DNA of 16,828 nt from Candidatus Methanoperedens sp. (GTDB lineage Archaea; Halobacteriota; Methanosarcinia; Methanosarcinales; Methanoperedenaceae), in NCBI GenBank assembly GCA_027460535.1, contig JAPZAR010000013.1:1-16828 (forward strand), in the 5' to 3' direction. Within the stretch, counting starts at the first letter, position 1, and each line of letters begins with the position of its first letter. Below the pieces are notes generated by a model that ran no database searches, was not told where the DNA came from, and was given only the letters and a program-made list of their open reading frames with translations. Both the position numbers and the translations under genes were made by a program. This document shows, in pieces, positions 13,657 through 16,828 of the stretch.

Positions 13657-14685
13657 ATGGCGGCAGAACTAAAACACCACAGTATCCATATCCCTCAATG
13701 GAAAAAAGATGAAGTTGAGACTATAAAGAAGCTGCTAACAAATTATTCTTCCACAGGCATTGTCGGGGTCCATGGCATTCCTTCAAGCCAGCTTCAAATA
13801 ATGCGAAAGAACCTTCGCGGTATGGCTGATATAAAGATGTGCAGGAATTCGCTCATTTTCCGTGCCCTGGACGAATCCGCGGATAATATAAAACAGATAG
13901 AAAAATATGTGGATTCCCAGACCGCTTTATTATTCACGAATGAGAATCCTTTTAAACTTTATAAGATACTGCAAAAAGGGAAGACCGAGGCCCCCATTAA
14001 AGCAGGCGGTATCGCACCAAAGGATATAATTGTGCAGAAAGGCCCGACCTCATTCCCGCCAGGGCCGATCGTGGGAGAATTGCAGGGTGCTGGAATACCT
14101 GCAGGGATAGAAGGCGGGAAGGTCGTGATCCGAGAGACGAAGACCGTAGCCAGACAGGGTGATGTAGTAGATGCCAAACTTGCATCCATCCTTTCACGTC
14201 TCGGTATTCGTCCAGTCGAACTTGGGCTTGACCTTCGTGCGGTATACGAGAAAGGCATGGTATACGAGTCGATATTGTTGGCTGTGGATGAGACAAAATA
14301 CAGAAGCGATCTGACGCTTGCGGTGCAGCGGGCGTTCAACCTGTCCATTAATTCAGCATATCCGGCAAAAGCCACGATCAGCACACTGCTTACCAAAGCG
14401 GCCTCTCAGTCGAGGAATCTTGCTATCAATGCAGAGATAATAATGCCTGATATCATCGATGTACTGCTTGCAAAAGGTAATTTACAGATGCTATCCCTTG
14501 CGAAGATCGCATCTGTTAAAGATGCAAATGCAGTCAGTGCCAGGCTAAAGGAAAAGCTTGCTGCAGCACCCAGGGAAGAAAAGAAGCCCGAGGCAGCGGC
14601 TCCCAAGGAAGCCAAGGAAGAGAAGAAAAAGGAAGAACACAAGGAATCAGATATTGCAGCGGGCCTGGGCTCGCTGTTCGGTTAA
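13657..14685 (+). CDS. rpl10: 50S ribosomal protein L10 / acidic P0 (uL10)
   Basis: The ATG directly abuts the rpl1 TAA. IPQWKKDEVETIKKLL N-terminus, a Lys/Glu/Ala-rich hinge and the stalk tail AAGLGSLFG. Confidence 0.9.
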   Translation: MAAELKHHSIHIPQWKKDEVETIKKLLTNYSSTGIVGVHGIPSSQLQIMRKNLRGMADIKMCRNSLIFRALDESADNIKQIEKYVDSQTALLFTNENPFKLYKILQKGKTEAPIKAGGIAPKDIIVQKGPTSFPPGPIVGELQGAGIPAGIEGGKVVIRETKTVARQGDVVDAKLASILSRLGIRPVELGLDLRAVYEKGMVYESILLAVDETKYRSDLTLAVQRAFNLSINSAYPAKATISTLLTKAASQSRNLAINAEIIMPDIIDVLLAKGNLQMLSLAKIASVKDANAVSARLKEKLAAAPREEKKPEAAAPKEAKEEKKKEEHKESDIAAGLGSLFG

Positions 14686-14706
14686 GCTAAATAAAAGGTG
14701 ATTAAA

Positions 14707-15018
14707 ATGGAATACGTATATGCAGCGCTATTATTACACAGCGCAGGAAAGAAAGTAACAGATGAAGCAATTACTGCCGTGATAAAGGCAGCAGGTATGG
14801 AAGTCGATGCAGTGAGAGCCAAAGCTCTTGTTTCCGCTCTTGAAGGTGTCAATATCGAGGAAGCCATCTCAAAGGCGGCTTTCGCGGCACCAGCAGCAGC
14901 GGCTCCGGCGGCAGCGGCTCCAGCGGCAGCAGAAGCTCCAAAGAAAGAAGAAAATCCAAAAGAGAAAGAGAAAGCTGAAGAAAGCGGAATGGAAGGACTC
15001 GGCGCCCTTTTCGGGTGA
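14707..15018 (+). CDS. rpl12: 50S ribosomal protein L12 / P1 stalk protein
   Basis: [30 protein letters not shown], an Ala/Pro hinge and the tail [10 protein letters not shown]. The ATG at 14707 follows AAGGTGA. The track ORF starts at an upstream GTG (14698). Confidence 0.9.
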   Translation: MEYVYAALLLHSAGKKVTDEAITAVIKAAGMEVDAVRAKALVSALEGVNIEEAISKAAFAAPAAAAPAAAAPAAAEAPKKEENPKEKEKAEESGMEGLGALFG

Positions 15019-15030
15019 GTTCTTACATTC

Positions 15031-15060
15031 TCATTTTTTATTATTTTCTTTTTTGTTTAT
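15031..15060 (+). terminator. oligo-T tracts after rpl12
   Basis: tcattttttattattttcttttttgtttat: T6, T4 and T6 runs starting 13 nt after the stop. Confidence 0.5.
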
Positions 15061-15473
15061 TCTGCACCAGTTCTCAACCTGGTTTTTACTGTGATCTGAT
15101 TTGATTTATTGGGTGCGTTTACGCGTACCCACTCCCTTCCCTGCAGGGTATCTCTTCCGCTTCCACCGAATTCCAGTCATTAGGGCGAAAGGGCGAATGG
15201 TCTTGATGATAGATTTTGCAGGGCTGCCAGGGATAATATTAATCGATAGAATACATATCTTTCTACTCTTCTCATTATTTTTGCGCCATCAATTATTTTC
15301 ATAAGCTAGCGACCCACACGAATCCATTCGGAATCTATTGGTTTGGGTTAAAATATTTATCAGATATTTTGACTATTCAAACTTTCAAAAACCCCACCCG
15401 CAACTCTTATATACGTGGGAGTTGTAGTTGGGGAAGCCCGGCAACTACGTTGCCAGGACATATGTAATACCGG

Positions 15474-15497
15474 AAAAACAGAATTCGTTCTGTTTTT
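15474..15497. other. perfect 10-bp hairpin AAAAACAGAA-ttcg-TTCTGTTTTT
   Basis: Every position of 15474-15483 pairs with 15488-15497. The loop is UUCG on the + strand. The A-tract/T-tract arms give it the look of a bidirectional terminator. Confidence 0.4.
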
Positions 15498-15845
15498 AAC
15501 ACTGAAAAAAATAATGAACTCGTGTATAAAATCGTATACGAGGGAAAGTGTTAAATACGGTGGATTACATACATAGAACTTCCTGCGTGGTAAAACACGA
15601 AGGAGTTGTGTTGCAAAATACAACGATTCTTTATCACCACCTTATTCATGGTTAATATTTGGCGTCGGCCCTGATTGTAGGTAAAACCTGAATGTGACGG
15701 GCTGCCTTCCGACCATGATACATTAAATGGAGACAAGAACGCAGTTTCTCGTCTGACATTGGCGTGACAGTTCGGTTAATTCCAATCGACAGAGAGGAAT
15801 TAACAAGGAACTATTGTACCTTATATAATAGTTCCTCCTAAAATT

Positions 15846-15858
15846 CCGATAGTTTAAA
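15846..15858 (+). promoter_or_regulatory. BRE/TATA-like promoter element proximal to the 16S rRNA gene (CCGATAGTTTAAA)
   Basis: Identical to the rpl1 element. TTTAAA at 15853-15858 lies about 45 nt before the mature 16S 5' end. Confidence 0.5.
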
Positions 15859-15900
15859 CAATACTTCAACGTGTGCAGATATCAACGAGATATCAAATCA

Positions 15901-16828
<928 letters not shown>

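Noticed and set aside
13959-14642. Minus-strand ORFs antisense to rpl10, plus antisense ORFs across hdrB, hdrC, the transporter, the beta-CASP gene and the Fe-S gene
   Set aside because: They are shadow frames of strongly supported genes on the opposite strand.
14560-14960. Lys/Glu-rich and Ala/Pro-rich repetitive DNA
   Set aside because: These are the normal flexible hinge regions of archaeal P0 and P1/L12 stalk proteins, not a repeat element.
15204-15209. TGATGA as a possible C box of a C/D box sRNA
   Set aside because: No CTGA D box or terminal stem occurs at the expected 50-70 nt distance.
15101-15736. ORFs 15101-15304 (+), 15360-15623 (-) and 15551-15736 (-) in the rpl12-16S spacer
   Set aside because: No RBS, a non-ATG start for the first, implausible composition, and they run through the hairpin elements. 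The region is more likely non-coding leader.

Overview
Archaeal chromosomal segment. By eye, coding regions are roughly 40-55% GC and most intergenic DNA is much more AT-rich. The 16S 5' end (ATTCTGGTTGATCCTGCCAGAGG) and the gene content point to Methanosarcinales, plausibly an ANME-2/Methanoperedens-like lineage; this is inference only. Left to right the window holds: (1) an orphan PD-(D/E)xK-like protein and a short VIT1/CCC1-like membrane protein (+); (2) a minus-strand four-gene operon of two tiny membrane proteins, a membrane-anchored 7-haem c-type cytochrome and a b-type cytochrome; (3) hdrCB (-); (4) a tandem-duplicated ABM/Dabb-like protein preceded by a decayed, frameshifted paralogue (-); (5) an MptE-like pterin pyrophosphokinase and a polytopic transporter (+); (6) thioredoxin plus a short beta-CASP metallo-beta-lactamase nuclease (+); (7) an Lrp/AsnC regulator with a Cys-rich tail (-), divergent from a ferredoxin-domain Fe-S protein and a small hypothetical (+); (8) a 62-aa ORF (-); (9) the rpl1-rpl10(P0)-rpl12 operon (+); (10) an 882-nt ORF-poor, hairpin-rich spacer; (11) the first 928 nt of a 16S rRNA gene (+) running off the window. 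I recognised no transposase, integrase, CRISPR array or tRNA. The most interesting items are the cytochrome module with its unassignable mini-subunits and CX4CH site, a ~59% GC non-coding island just downstream of it, the Cys-tailed Lrp / Fe-S divergon, and the decaying ABM paralogue array. All family assignments come from motif recognition by eye; no searches were run.
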